From: Podarcis tiliguerta
Lineage: Eukaryota
NCBI GenBank assembly: GCA_965153285.1
Contig: OZ229125.1
DNA: 64,000 nucleotides
Direction: 5' to 3' (one strand)
This document shows positions 24,280-36,626 of the stretch, in pieces. Position 1 is the stretch's first letter. Every line of letters begins with the position of its first letter. The notes under the pieces were generated by a model. The model was not told the origin of the DNA. It saw only the letters and a list, made by a program, of their open reading frames with translations, and did not search any database. The position numbers and the translations under genes are program-made.

Positions 24280-24416
24280 CAGCCTTTCTCCAACCTTGGG
24301 TTCCCAAATGATGTTGGACTACAATTCCCATCATCCCTGACCACTGGTCCTGCTAGCTAGGGATGATGGGGGTTGTAGTCCAACAATAGCTGGAGACCCA
24401 AGTTTGGTTAACCCTG
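24280..24416. mobile_element. hAT-Charlie-like short MITE (many degenerate relatives, e.g. about 5140-5240, 8383-8515, 24070-24185, 28165-28285, 44250-44360)
   Basis: Internal palindrome ggactacaattcccatcatcc / ggatgatgggggttgtagtcc; 8-bp TSD ctctagag / ctctcgag (NTCTAGAN-type target). Confidence 0.75.
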
Positions 24417-24766
24417 CTCTCGAGCATGGATGGGGGTCTTCTGGGCCTCCAGGGCTTGCTAGATTCCAACTCTTATCAGCCTCAGCCAGCATAGCCAATG
24501 GTTGGGAATGCAATAAAAACAGGTTCTCTTGTAGAGAAGGAAGGGGCATTATCTGAATAGCATTTGATATAGCTTTAAATGCTTCATGGAGGCCACGAGA
24601 AAACAGACAAAACCATTACTTGGGAGTCTTAAATCTTAAGTAATGATGTGACACAAGGAGCTGGTGCAGCCCACATTTCCAGGCTTCTCCCTGCCAGATG
24701 TTCAGTGCCCCCCCCCATACTTTTCATGCAAAGGAAGAACATAAGGTCCAAAAAGAACAGCCTTAC

Positions 24767-24829
24767 CCTTCCACTTTCTACTATCTCCTTCTGTAAATGT
24801 GTAGATGTCATCACAAGAAGCCTGATTGC
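24767..24829 (-). CDS. HIP1R: HIP1R exon 26
   Basis: tttcag|AIRLLVMTSTHLQKEIVESGR|gtaagg. Confidence 0.96.
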
Positions 24830-25113
24830 CTGAAAGAGACAAAAACAACAAACCACTCTGTTTAATAGAAGGATTTCCCTACAGCTTTAGGGATTCCAGT
24901 ACAACAAAAAAGACCCTCCCCTCCAGACACAGTACAATACTTCTGAAACTTCCCTTAGTGGCAATGCTAACCTGAAATAAAAGGCCATGCTGAATATCTA
25001 GAGATCTTGTTAACCATGCAGTGTTGAATACCCTCCAGAGGTCCAGCCATCTGGTAACAGCTGGGTTTTTCAAGTACTTAGCTGGGGCTTGAATAAATTA
25101 CAAAGGCACTCAC

Positions 25114-25144
25114 CTTCATCAAGTCTGTGCAAGAGTTCAAGATT
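25114..25144 (-). CDS. HIP1R: HIP1R exon 25 (31 nt)
   Basis: cacag|.ILNSCTDLMK|gtgagt. Confidence 0.94.
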
Positions 25145-25480
25145 CTGTGGGAAACAAAAAAAAAAGATGCTTAACTCTCTCAAAGGATTGATTAAGCCCT
25201 AAAATTTGGAAATAACATTTTAAATAATGATGATTCTATTGTTGTTTGCATCTACACTACCAAGGGAAAACAGTTTAAAACCACTTTTTCTTGTTTCTCC
25301 CAAGGAACCTTGAAATTGATTCTCTTAGGGTGCACAGTAAACGAAAAAGCACGGAGGTGGTTATTTCACTCTTCTCTTTGTTGGTGAATTGCTTCAATTC
25401 TTTCGCCAGGGATCACTGCAATGCTGTTTGTGTTATGATATAAAAAGAGGTAAACAGCCAGCACTGCAGCACCATCTACT

Positions 25481-25833
25481 AGGTAAAGATAATGGTAAAG
25501 AACCCCTGGGTGGCTAAGTCCAGTCAAAATCACCGATCATCTCGCTTCAGGCTGAGGAAGCCGGCATTTGTCCACAGACAGCTTTCTGGGTCATGTGGCC
25601 AGCAGGACTAAACCACTTCTGGTGCATGGAGGACCGTGAGGAGTGCCAGAGCGCATGGAAATGCTGTTTACCTTCCCACTACATTAATCTACTTGCACTG
25701 GGGTGCTTTCGAACTGCTAGGTTGGCAGAAGCTGGAACAGAGCAATGGGAGTTCACCCATCACGTGGATTCGAACTGCTGACCTTACAATCGATAAGCCC
25801 ATGAGGCTCAGTGGTTTAGACCACAGCGCCACC
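25481..25833 (-). mobile_element. Sauria SINE
   Basis: Antisense tail ggtaaag..ggtaaag; core gctttcgaactgctaggttggcag; head ccacagcgccacc; flanks accatctact / accatctagt look like a TSD. Confidence 0.85.
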
Positions 25834-26658
25834 TTTACCATCTAGTGACAGAACACAGCATTAGGACCCAAGAATATATTGACGGCGAAAATAATCATGC
25901 ACACCAACAGCGTCTCCTTCCTTAGTTATCTATGGCAAAGCCTCTTCAGGTCTCTGGAACTACACTACACTTATTGCACACAAACAAAACAAAAGGCAGG
26001 CGAGCTGAACCGTGGGAGAAGAGACCCTTCAGTAAAAAGGAATCACCTCTACAGCACAGCAAGAGGTTATTCAGTAGCAAAACAAACAGGAAAACTCATG
26101 CTTCAGTTCAAACACTGAGTGCTGGGGGTTCAAGTCTGTGCCAACAATATTATGCAAATCCACATGCTCAAGGCAACAAACAGTGGATTATTGCTTTTTA
26201 TCCTCACAACAACCCTGCAAGATTAGCAGCTTAGATCAAGAGAGATAACTACTTTCCCAAATATACCTTCCATATATACCTTCAGGGTGAGCTTCATGGC
26301 TGAAAAGTGATTTGAAATGTGATTGTATTGAAAACTCTTTGAATAAAGAAATACAGGTAGCAGATAAGAATGTGAGAACAGTCCTGCAGGATCAGGCCAA
26401 AGGTCCATCATAGTCTTCCAGCTCTACAATATTGTTTCTGAGGCAAGATGACCATAACTCATCATCATTATTATTACACTTATTTTTTTCAAAATCTCCA
26501 AGTGGTATTCCAAGTGTGCTCTCTCCAGGTCCCTGGCAAAAGTCTTTCCTATCTGTGTTATCAGAAATTCTTTTTTAGCTGGAAGTGTTGCAAATGAAAA
26601 AGAAATGTAGCCCAAGTATAAACTACATCCTTGTGGATCTTTGATCCTGCAGACTCAC

Positions 26659-26717
26659 CTTTCATTTACTTCTAATTTCACACCAGAACTCTCTATTCTG
26701 GCCTGATTCATCATTTC
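26659..26717 (-). CDS. HIP1R: HIP1R exon 24
   Basis: ctgcag|EMMNQARIESSGVKLEVNE..|gtgagt. Confidence 0.95.
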
Positions 26718-27581
26718 CTGCAGAAAAATCAAACAGAGCTTCATTCAGTCGGGCATCACAACAGGCCTGTAGTTGGGGTCTAATTGACAAAGGTGCCCCT
26801 GGTCTTTATAGCAGCCAGCAAGATGCTTCAAAGAAGCTGTTAAGCAGGACAATGATGCCACCCCCCACCCCCCTCCATTTAGCTATTGGGACTGACATGC
26901 TTCTTTCTTCACAAACATGCCCAATTGCCTTTTAAAGCCACCAACCAACCACTACATCTTGTGGCAGCGAAGTCCACCTATTAATCATTTATCTGGGTAA
27001 TTTATATTTATTTGTTTCATTTAGGTAAATTATATACTGCTTGACACGTCAAAAGAAAAGTGCTAAGCAGTTTACTGCATCCTAAAATATCACAAATAAC
27101 AAGTCAAGCAGTTGTGCACTGAGCGGAGTTGTACTCTCCTTTTGCCACTCAAGTACATCTTCACCCATATGACATCTGCCCATTTTATTAAGTTCAACCA
27201 ATGCTATTTTTCTAGAAAAAGAGGTTCTGAACTGAGTTCCGTCTGCAAAAAAGCCCTGAGTTCAACTACAGTGGCACTTACTTGACTGCCCACAAGTGCT
27301 GTTAATTAGGGTGGTGGGGAGAAAGGACAGGGTCTACTTGGTGCAGCGGAAGTCCCTTCAGAACTACAAAAGGCCTTCAAACATGTCTTGAAGACTTATT
27401 TGTTCAGTCTGCCTTCCTTTAATGTTTTTATGCCCCTGATTCTTGAATCCTGGGAGTTGCTTACTATTCTGGTTTTTTTTACCACTCAAATGTATTTCAA
27501 GTGGATATGCTTTAGTTGCACATGGCCTTCCCTAAAAGGTTGACTATTAATAAAACAACCAACCAAACAGGTTCATCTCAC

Positions 27582-27692
27582 CTCTATCCTCCTGACCGCG
27601 TCTTCGATTGCAGCAGAGGTGGAGGCCATCTCTTTGTCAACCATGTCGCCCAGTTCTTCTTGCCGGATGTCTAAGCTTTTGGGTCTCAATTC
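27582..27692 (-). CDS. HIP1R: HIP1R exon 23
   Basis: accag|ELRPKSLDIRQEELGDMVDKEMASTSAAIEDAVRRIE|gtgaga. Confidence 0.96.
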
Positions 27693-27745
27693 CTGGTCAA
27701 AAGAGAAAGAGAGTCCTTAAAGGGACACTTGGCTCAAATGGAAAA

Positions 27746-27832
27746 GAAGAAGAAGAAGAAGAAGAAGAAGAAGAAGAAGAAGAAGAAGAAGAAGAAGAAG
27801 AAGAAGAAGAAGAAGAAGAAGAAGAAGAAGAA
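27746..27832. repeat. (GAA)29 microsatellite
   Basis: Perfect trinucleotide run, directly visible. Confidence 0.97.
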
Positions 27833-28155
27833 ATTTTGTGTACCCTGCCCAACTGACTGGATTGCCCCAGCCACTCTGGGAGGCTTCCAACAAAAATACA
27901 GCAAACAACTACTATTGTTACTACTACAACAACTGAAAAATTAGATAGTTGCTTAACTCTTTGACATCTGCTGGGAGGGCATTCCACAGGAAGGGCACTA
28001 CTGCCAAGAAGGTTCCCTGTAACTTCACTTCTCACAGGGAGGGAACTGCCAGAAGGCCCTCAGTGCTGGACCACATTGTCTGGGCTGAACGATGGGGGTG
28101 GAGACGCTCCTTCAGCCATGTAGGGCTTCAAAGGTCAACACCAACACTTTGAAGT
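27833..28155 (-). mobile_element. L2-like LINE 3' fragment
   Basis: gggagggcattccacag...gccaagaagg...aggtcaacaccaacactttgaa resembles antisense L2 3' ends; the adjacent GAA run sits at the tail position. Confidence 0.55.
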
Positions 28156-28625
28156 GTGAAGAACCTGCAGTCCTCCATTCAAGTTTTTTTGGATTCCAAC
28201 TCCCCTTAGCCCCAGCCAGCATGGCCTATGGCCAAGGACAATGTAGTTGAACAACTTATGGAGCGCTGCAGTTTCCCCACCCCAGCATTACACAGCTAGC
28301 TGCTCTTTTACTGAAAGAAACCATTAGTCAACGGATACAAATTATAAGGAAGGAGGTTCCAACTAAACATTAGGAATAAGTTCTAGACAGCGAGTCACTC
28401 AACAGTGGAATGGACTCCCTTAGAAGGTGGTGGGCTCTCCTTCACTGCAGGTTTTAAAGAGAGGTTAGATGATCCCTTAGACCATCCAACTCTACAATTC
28501 TATGTTTTGCCTCCTCACTGCCATGGCCAAGTTAGGGAAGTGTAGAAGTACACTAATAAGCATAAATTGTGAGATTACAGTGTTCCCCAATGGATTTCCC
28601 CACTCCATTCCTCAACTCTGTTTAC

Positions 28626-28762
28626 CTGTCCCAGCTGAAGAACTCCCAGCAGCCTCTTCCTCACATCTGCCAAATCTGCTTGTCGGAGAGACTGTTTGTC
28701 TTTCAGCTTGCTCAGATAGTCCAGACTCTGCTGCCCACAGTCCCTGCAGGTTTCAGTCAATT
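28626..28762 (-). CDS. HIP1R: HIP1R exon 22
   Basis: gccag|..LTETCRDCGQQSLDYLSKLKDKQSLRQADLADVRKRLLGVLQLGQ|gtaaac. Confidence 0.94.
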
Positions 28763-28781
28763 CTGGCAAGAAGAAAATAAA

Positions 28782-28835
28782 AATTACACACATACAAGGG
28801 AAACTAGCAATTACACACATACAAGGGAAACTAGC
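28782..28835. repeat. Perfect 27-bp tandem duplication
   Basis: aattacacacatacaagggaaactagc x2. Confidence 0.95.
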
Positions 28836-29613
28836 ATGACTGTGGGAAGCTCAGGAATAAGCTCATTTTTTAGCTTTCATTGGAGGAGCTACAGGAGAAG
28901 CATTTCAGAACAAATATGTGGAAGTCCTGAGGCTCAGGGTATGCTTTGGGAATAACAGATATTGCAGGATTGTGGGAGCTATGAGGATGTTGGCCTGATC
29001 TATAATCTGGACAAGAGCCCAGTGCAAACCCCAAGGAAGAGCAGAGTTCATTACACACATCAGAAATATGGATGTTATTCTTGCACATGACCATGCTTGT
29101 GTCTCCTTATCCCACAGTAAGTTCTAGGATTGTCACCCAATTACAGAAGCCTTCAGTGCTAAATTTATGAGTTTAGATACTGATGAACATGCTCAAATTT
29201 GCACACAGCAAACACACCTCCTCTGTTTCCAGGGGCCACATGCCAGCAGTAGGCAAAAGTGGGCAAAGGAACAAATGTGGGTTTTTCCTTTGTATGGTAG
29301 GCTTGTTTCTACACATTCATGCCTCTCTCTATCTATCCTCCCATCCAGGTATGCAAGAAGCATTCCCAGAGATCAAGGGCACATTCCAGGCAGGCAAAAG
29401 TTGCCCCTCCCCTGTTTAGAGGATGCATGAATGGATTGAAGAAGAAGAAAAAAACCAGATAGCAAAGAGGCGCTTGAAGTCTCCTGGTCCTTACACGCTG
29501 GGTTCCAACCATTTCTAAAAGCCAGGTTTCGCATTCAGGAAAATCGTGTGAAAAGAGTTGCATCACTTCTGACTTCAGGGGTGGGGAAAAAGAACCTTTG
29601 CAAATTTACTCAC

Positions 29614-29721
29614 TGTCTGCATGATCTGTGGGCGCCAGGTGGGAAGTGGCACTGCCATTCACAATGGTGTCTGCAGTCAGGTGGGCAAATTGGGCCAGAG
29701 CACCAACCAATCCAGTGACAT
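29614..29721 (-). CDS. HIP1R: HIP1R exon 21
   Basis: cttag|(D)VTGLVGALAQFAHLTADTIVNGSATSHLAPTDHAD.|gtgagt. Confidence 0.95.
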
Positions 29722-30870
29722 CTAAGAAATGAAGAGAAATACCAAGATGGAAATCCAGAAGTGGATCACAGGGATAAAACCATCTCATTTGAGATAAGCC
29801 CAGAGTGGCAGCATTCAGCAGAGACCCTGAAGGTTTGTCCAGGTTAAACGTAGGTTAACCTCAGTCCAACTCTGCCCCCAGCTCTTCTCTCTTCTAACCC
29901 CACTGTAGCTCTGAACTGTGGCCATCCCATAAGAACATCAGAAGAGTTCAGGGGCCAAAGTGCTCAAGATCACTATCTTTGTCATTTGGTCCAATTTCAT
30001 TTTATACACGAATACAGCAGCTCAGGTTAAACAGGGCTATGCAAGTGTCTGGGTTTAGTACAGTTCAAGGTATTTTAATCTTCTGTTTTGAAATAACAAT
30101 TTGTAATTGTTTCAGTTCAGACCATGGAACCCTTTGCAATTATAGACTACACATCCTCTTCCTCTTGATATGTTTTATTTTTGACTCCGCAAATCACACA
30201 GCTGTTTCCTATACTTTATTGGCAATTGTGACTTCTTGGTTTTGTTTTAATAAAAAAAACTATTTTCTTTCTTTTTTCTGTGACTTGCTTGTTGTTATTA
30301 AAATTCAATGCAAAACATTTGAGAAGAAAAAAGAAAAAAGAATCAGAAGAAGCCGACGGCTGGTTCAAGCCAAAGCTCCAGCAACCTGGTTCTCACAGCA
30401 GCCAGCCAGGTGTCTATGGCAAGCTCAAAAAAGGGCCTGCCACATCAGCACTTTCCCCACCTGCATCCCCCAGCAATGGAAGGCACAGGCTTAACACCTC
30501 CAAGACTGGGTAACTCGTGAGCAGCAGGGCTTTGCAGCTGCACCTTTTATTGACTCCATCCAAACCCATCCCACAGACCAGCACACCCCCACACCCCCCC
30601 AGGCTTCCTGCTTAGAACATAGCTAAAAGTGCAAGGATTAAAAATCAACCTGAAGCTTTACCACTTGGTGAAATGTTCCATGTAGTCACCAGGCATTTAG
30701 CTTTTCTTTTTTGATGAGGGGGTCAGCGGGGGAAAGGGGGGAGAAACATTTGAAGAAACAACATTTGTGATGGCAGAAGAGGCACAATCTGTCTTTGCAA
30801 CACCAGAAACCTACACTCCCACCCTGCCCCACAAGTACGAGAACTGCAGCGGCAACCCAGCAATGTTTAC

Positions 30871-30957
30871 CTGCCGGGTTGGACAGGTAGCGCCCATGTC
30901 CACTTTCCACAGCGTTCACTGACTCCAGTGCTGCTTGTGCGCGGCTGACGAGGTAAT
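30871..30957 (-). CDS. HIP1R: HIP1R exon 20
   Basis: ctgcag|(D)YLVSRAQAALESVNAVESGHGRYLSNPA.|gtaaac. Confidence 0.95.
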
Positions 30958-31536
30958 CTGCAGAGAGAAAAGAAAGGGCAGAGAAGGAGGCCCATGGGAA
31001 AACAAGATAAAATGGACTCTCATGCAGGTGCTTTTTGTGCCTTAGAAGCAGAGCCAGCTCCAGAGTGAAGGAGCCTCAGCTGCCCAGGTTTCCCCTGGCA
31101 GGCTCCCTCCCTTACATCCCTGAAAGGGGTTGTGGGGCTCAGCCCTGGTGTGATTCCTTGGCAGCGGCAGTGCTCCAAGACAGGCAGACAACCAGGTCTC
31201 AGGCAGCTGCCATTTAAATGTCTCACAATGGCCTCAATGCAGCATCACCTGGGGCATTGTAGGACATAAAAAAGGCAACTCTCTCAGGTTGCTAATTGGA
31301 GCATGGAGTGGGGGCTGGATTTGAGAGGAGGGGGCTAGGACAGGCATCCCTGGGAGGGCCTTGGCCACTGCCTCAGGATTCTGAATGCTGCCAGGCTTGC
31401 TTGAGAGGTTTACTCAGGGATTCCTGGGCTGTTACAAAGGACAGGAACTTGCTCTTCTTAAAAAATAGGTTAAGAAAAACAAAACAAAGCCAAGCCACTG
31501 TCAGACTCATCCATGCCCTTGGACCTTTAGACCTAC

Positions 31537-31684
31537 CTGGTGAACTGGTGCACCGGATGTGCAAAGGATCGTCCAGCTTGGCAACGGCGTCCTGAATGAT
31601 GCTCTCAGCCTCCTTCACTGTCCCTTGCAGGATGCTGAACTGCTCCTCCAGGAGTTTCTGCTGCAGGTTCTGTTCCTGACCTTT
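31537..31684 (-). CDS. HIP1R: HIP1R exon 19
   Basis: cacag|KGQEQNLQQKLLEEQFSILQGTVKEAESIIQDAVAKLDDPLHIRCTSSP.|gtaggt. Confidence 0.95.
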
Positions 31685-32558
31685 CTGTGGGATTGGCCCA
31701 AAGTGTTTAAGTTAACAGTGCCCTCCCGGGACCCACATATTCACTGCTCTTTCATGATCCAGACTGGGCAAAGGGGAGGCCTACAGTGCTGCTAACTGGC
31801 TCCCTCTCTCCATTGCTCAGCCCTCTGTTTCCCTTGCCTTCCCTAACCAGACAAAAGCTTTCCAAGGCTCAGTTGTGCCCGGTGTCTTTTGGGGACTGGC
31901 AAGGAGGCTAATGGCAGGTGGAGCCAGAGCCAGTGATGGACAGAGCCAATGTTGCCCCCGTTCTCATATTGACTCCTGTAATGGCAGAACTGGGAGGAAG
32001 GGGCCCTTCCAGACATCCTTGTTGTGCATTCATGATGGTTTGTGCTCATGATAATATAAGGATGGTTATACACAACCCCATTTTCAATACTGTTCACACC
32101 TACAAAAGTTTCAGGGCAGACATCCTGCTTCATTTCCAAACAGCGCATGTCCTGTAACCTTCTGCAGAAATTCCTGTAACTTTTCATGCCACAAATGTTC
32201 TAGGGGTCCTTTTGCCTCACTTTTGTTGCCCTACAGTGCAGGAGCCCCCCTCAAGACAAGAGTAATGCAGGAGCGCTGGGGAAGCATCGCAGAATGGCTA
32301 ATAAAGCGGAATGAAGTGTGGATGGTTCGGTATAAATTCACCACTAATGCTCTATTATTGTGTCAATGACATGTTTCAGAATACTCTAGCAAAAAGCACC
32401 ATTCTGGAGGAGCCCTGGGGAGGAGGAAGCTGATAGCCAGGATCATCCCCTGGGCTGGGTGGAGGTCTGGCCAAGCACAGAGCGAGCTGTCAGGGCAGCA
32501 TCCCACACACCCGATGGACCAGCCTCCGCTGCCAAGACTTTGCTTCTCCCTTGAGTAC

Positions 32559-32753
32559 CTTTTCCAAGAGCTTCCCTTGCAGCTCCTGAACTTCCTTTGC
32601 TCTCTTCTCTGCTTCCTGGCTCAAGAGCAGCTCCTTTTCTTGGATCAGGCCCTTTGTCGAGATGAGCTCACAGTCCTTCTCACTGACCACTTTCCTCAGT
32701 GTCTCCTTCTCGGCCTGGAGGGCTTCCAGTTGGGTGTTGAGGTCTGAACCGGC
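32559..32753 (-). CDS. HIP1R: HIP1R exon 18 (coiled coil)
   Basis: tgcag|AGSDLNTQLEALQAEKETLRK...ELQGKLLEK|gtactc; 195 nt. Confidence 0.92.
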
Positions 32754-34032
32754 CTGCATGGAGGACAAGCGACCTGCTGGCTCACAGCTTCATTGCCCAG
32801 CTCTCCCGCTTCAGCTTGGCCCCACCCTCTCAATCACCTCCCCCTACTAATGCGCTTTTTCACATGCTCATTGTCCTCTTCATGAGGTAATTTAACCTAA
32901 GATGACTTGGGTGGGAAGGCTTAAGAGGAGTTTCCTCCACCGAAACCACATGACACTGCAAGAGGCTTAACAGGTGAAGGATTTGAGTTACAAACCTCAA
33001 CTTTTGGTGAGTTTGGGACAAGAAAAATGGGCTATTTTAATCCCAGCTGGTTATTATCAGAGCCTTCCAACAATCTGGTGCTCCAAACAAACACCAGTTT
33101 GAGCTCCTCTTCCATCCCCACCCCTTTTCCTTTTTACATCATGGCTTTTTAGATTGTAAGCTTGTGTTATTTCTAATGATTTCCAAGCTGCTCCATGAGC
33201 CTTTGCAACTAAAGAGCTGCATATAAATGCTGTGAATAAAATGAAAAAACAATAAGCAATAAACAGTCTAGTATATGGGCACATCAAAAGCATGAGATGA
33301 GCTTCTCTAGAGAGTAGTGGAGAGGGTTCTCAGCGGAGGCGCAACCAGAGCACCCTGAACATTGGGACAGTGCAAGATGGGCCACCTCAGGCAAAGGACT
33401 GCACAGCAGGGCAGCAAAGCAGAGACAGAGGCCTCATGGCTTTTTGCAAGACAACCTACAGGAGTACTCCCACTGCTATTTTATGAGAGCTCCCTACTAT
33501 TTTATTTTATTTTTAATGCTGGCTTTTATTCCAAGTGGATGCTGTTTTAATTTGATTTATTTCAGGATTGAAATCCCGCTTGACTATACCTACATGTGCT
33601 CAAGGCAGCATACAAAGTTACAAAAGATACATGCAGTCAAACTTTGAAACAACAAGAAACAAAAGCAACATAACACACACACTATATATATAATTTAATA
33701 TAGTTGTCAGCTGACTTCAAAGTTTTCTAAATTGAAAGGTGTCTTTAAAAAAAAGTTATACATAAATCTAACTCACAATGCATGGAGTTCTTTTGAACTA
33801 AATCATACTCAGAGCAGACCCACTGAAATCATGCCCATTAACACCAATGGGTCTACTCTGAGTATAGCTAACATGGGGTATAACCAATAAGGAGCTGTCC
33901 TGTATAAAAAAGGTACCTCTCAGTGGCTGAGACTTCTCAGAAGAGTATCATGTGGGAAGGGGAAACCACTGCAAGATTTTAACCCTCAGCCCCATAAACA
34001 ACACAGGCCACAAACGACCCCAGCCTGCATAC

Positions 34033-34134
34033 CTGCTTGGAACGGCTGAGTGACTGCTGAAGCTGAGCCAATTCCTCTTTCTTAGATTCCAGTTCTCTCT
34101 TCACCTGCTCCATCTGCAACATATGATCTTCTAA
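34033..34134 (-). CDS. HIP1R: HIP1R exon 17 (coiled coil)
   Basis: tgtag|LEDHMLQMEQVKRELESKKEELAQLQQSLSRSKQ|gtatgc. Confidence 0.92.
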
Positions 34135-34673
34135 CTACACAGAGGGAATCAAAGAGAAAGTGCATCCTTGTAAAAATGTGCAAACTTTTCAGATGCCTCT
34201 GAGCAAATCAAGGCGGTGTGTGGCTGAGCTCTTAACACCACTGCATTTTGCAGTGCACCTAACTGCGCCCTCCAATATCTCTTTTTTAATGTCAACAAGG
34301 GGGGAGCAGCAGGAATCAGGGGCCTGGCACTACAAACTTGGGACTCAAGCTTGCTGAGCCATCCCTCAATTATGTCCTGAGCTGCGCCCAGTCTCCATGG
34401 TCACATTCACACCATACCGTTAAAGCACATTTAACACACCCTGCTTCTCCCCAAAGACTCCCCAGACCTGTAGTTTACCCCTCACACGCCTACAATCTCA
34501 GCACCCTTAACAAACTACAGTTCCTAGGATTCTTTGGGAGAAAGTCAGGTGCTTTAGATGTTTAGTACCAAACATTATCTCAGCCCACCCCTAGATCAAA
34601 ACAGCTCCTCAACAGTTTCTGAATAGGGAGCCCCCTGCCCTGTTACAGGGGAAGAGAGATCAAAGCAGCAAAC

Positions 34674-34790
34674 CTTCATTTCTGACTCCCGTTTGACTTG
34701 GTCCATCTGGAAGGCCAGCTGCTCCTTGACTAGGGCAACCTCCTCTTGGCTCTGCTGGGTAACTGTCAGCTGCTTGGCCGTGTCTGCATT
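34674..34790 (-). CDS. HIP1R: HIP1R exon 16
   Basis: ccaag|NADTAKQLTVTQQSQEEVALVKEQLAFQMDQVKRESEMK|gtttgc. Confidence 0.95.
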
Positions 34791-35179
34791 CTTGGTATTA
34801 AAAAACATCAAACATATTTTAAGCATCATTTTGAGATTGCAGGGATAGTCTGTATGGTGCCTGGGTCCCTTCTAATTCCTGGACCCTGGATCCAGCGAGT
34901 ACCATTGTTAGTACAGCAAAAGAAGTTCCTCTGTGCCTGAGGACAAATGGGTGGTAGTGAGAAAGACAAAAAGCCAGAGTTGTGTGTGCGAGGCGGGCTA
35001 GAAGCAGGCAGAAGCCAGAGACTTAGAGCCATGCTTGACCACTGCTGGAACCGAAGGCTGCGACTAAGAGAGAAGCCAGCCCTTGTGGATTGTGAATGCG
35101 GAGGTGCCCTCCCATCTCCTCTTGCATGCAAATACCCAATGGAACAGTGTGGGAAGTTGGCAGCCAGCACTGTCATTAC

Positions 35180-35268
35180 CTTTCTCAGGAGCTCTGCGTG
35201 TGTGTTGATCAACTCATTGTGCTTCTCCTTCAGCTTGATGTAGCGGGTTTCTGTGGCGCTGGCCTTCT
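35180..35268 (-). CDS. HIP1R: HIP1R exon 15 (clathrin light-chain-binding ELLRK|N motif at the junction)
   Basis: tccag|..KASATETRYIKLKEKHNELINTHAELLRK|gtaatg. Confidence 0.95.
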
Positions 35269-36058
35269 CTGGAAAAAGGAATGAGATTGTCATGAGCTGC
35301 ATTCTCAGTCCAACTATTGAACCTTGGAAGCCATGGTGGGCAACGAGCTGCCCAGAAGAGCCTGTCCCAAGGAACAAGTGGCCAGTATGACAGCAAATGG
35401 GTTGTGCGTCCTGCCTTACAGGTGACTGCCAACAGCCGTTCTAGCTTCCACAGGCTGCAGGACCATGAGGAAGTAATTTGTGCCATCAAAAACTGCTTCC
35501 GGCTGGTGGTGTGTTTAGGGTGGGTGTGTCAAAACTCAGGCAAAGCACACATGCTTTTTTATGCGGATAAGCAGTCAGCAATATTTTCCAGTTAAAGGGA
35601 CACATTTCCTTCTGGGCAGCCTTCCACATGACAGTGGTGGCTGGGGCCACAGACAACAGCAGGCAGAGGAACAAATGTGAATCACTACTTCTTTATAGAA
35701 AGCTAGCTTCTGCACACACTTGCACACTCCTCTCTATCCTCCATCCAGAGAAGAAAGAGGCAACATCAGAGCCCAAGGTCCCATTCCATAACCTACTAGA
35801 AACACTCAGGGTTTGAAGAAGGGCCAGTGAGGGGCATGGCCTGGGAAGAGACGACGTGTGTGGGCCTTGGGGTAGTTCCAGGGGCCAGGCAGAGAAATTG
35901 GAGGGCCATATCTGGACCCCAGGCCTGAGGCTCCCCATCCCTGAGGCAGACAGTGCCAAGTGCACATTCCTTAGCACAATAAATAGGATTTTCTTATTAT
36001 TGCTGTTTGAAAAGCACAGGTCAACACACATAACCTGCTTTCCAAAGGCACCACCTAC

Positions 36059-36242
36059 TTTCTGCTTCTAGGTAGAGTCCTCGACTCTTGTCTCCCTCCA
36101 GCTTTGCCTTCTGCAGCCTCTCCAGCTCATCCCGGAGCTGCTCGTTGTCCACCAGGGCCTTCTGCTTCTGCTTCCGCTGCTCTTCCACCTCCGCCTCCAG
36201 GCTGTTAATCTGGGCCTTCAGCTGAGTGATGTATCTCTGAGC
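36059..36242 (-). CDS. HIP1R: HIP1R exon 14
   Basis: ctcag|AQRYITQLKAQINSLEAEVEEQRKQKQKALVDNEQLRDELERLQKAKLEGDKSRGLYLEAE.|gtaggt. Confidence 0.96.
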
Positions 36243-36626
36243 CTGAGTAGTGCAGCAAAACACATACAAAGCAATGGCTATAATTATGGCGGCTCGTGTG
36301 TTACCTGCAGGATCAGAAGCAGGATGCTCTTGTGCCCTTTGCTTTTGGGCTTCCCACACAGGCATCTTACTGGCCACTGAGGGAAGCAGCAAGTGTCAAT
36401 GTGGTGCAATGGTCGGCCTGGGACCAAATCCTTACATGGCCATAAAGCTCACTAGATGCCAACTCTCACCAACTCTCTGCCGAATTATGCAAGGCAAGCA
36501 ATGCTCATTTAGCACTTGACATACAAAATCTCACAAGCGCCTCTTCCCTACTCCCTAGCAGTAAAAATATAAAAAACTATCAGTTTACTTCCTTTTTGTA
36601 GCACCCAAAGTAAGACATCTCACTTT

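Noticed and set aside
27608-28035. Poly-E/K/S/L ORFs
   Set aside because: Translations of the (GAA)n microsatellite.
29979-30494. 171-aa + strand ORF antisense to HIP1R intron 20
   Set aside because: Non-ATG start, low complexity, runs into a SINE fragment; no homology recognised.
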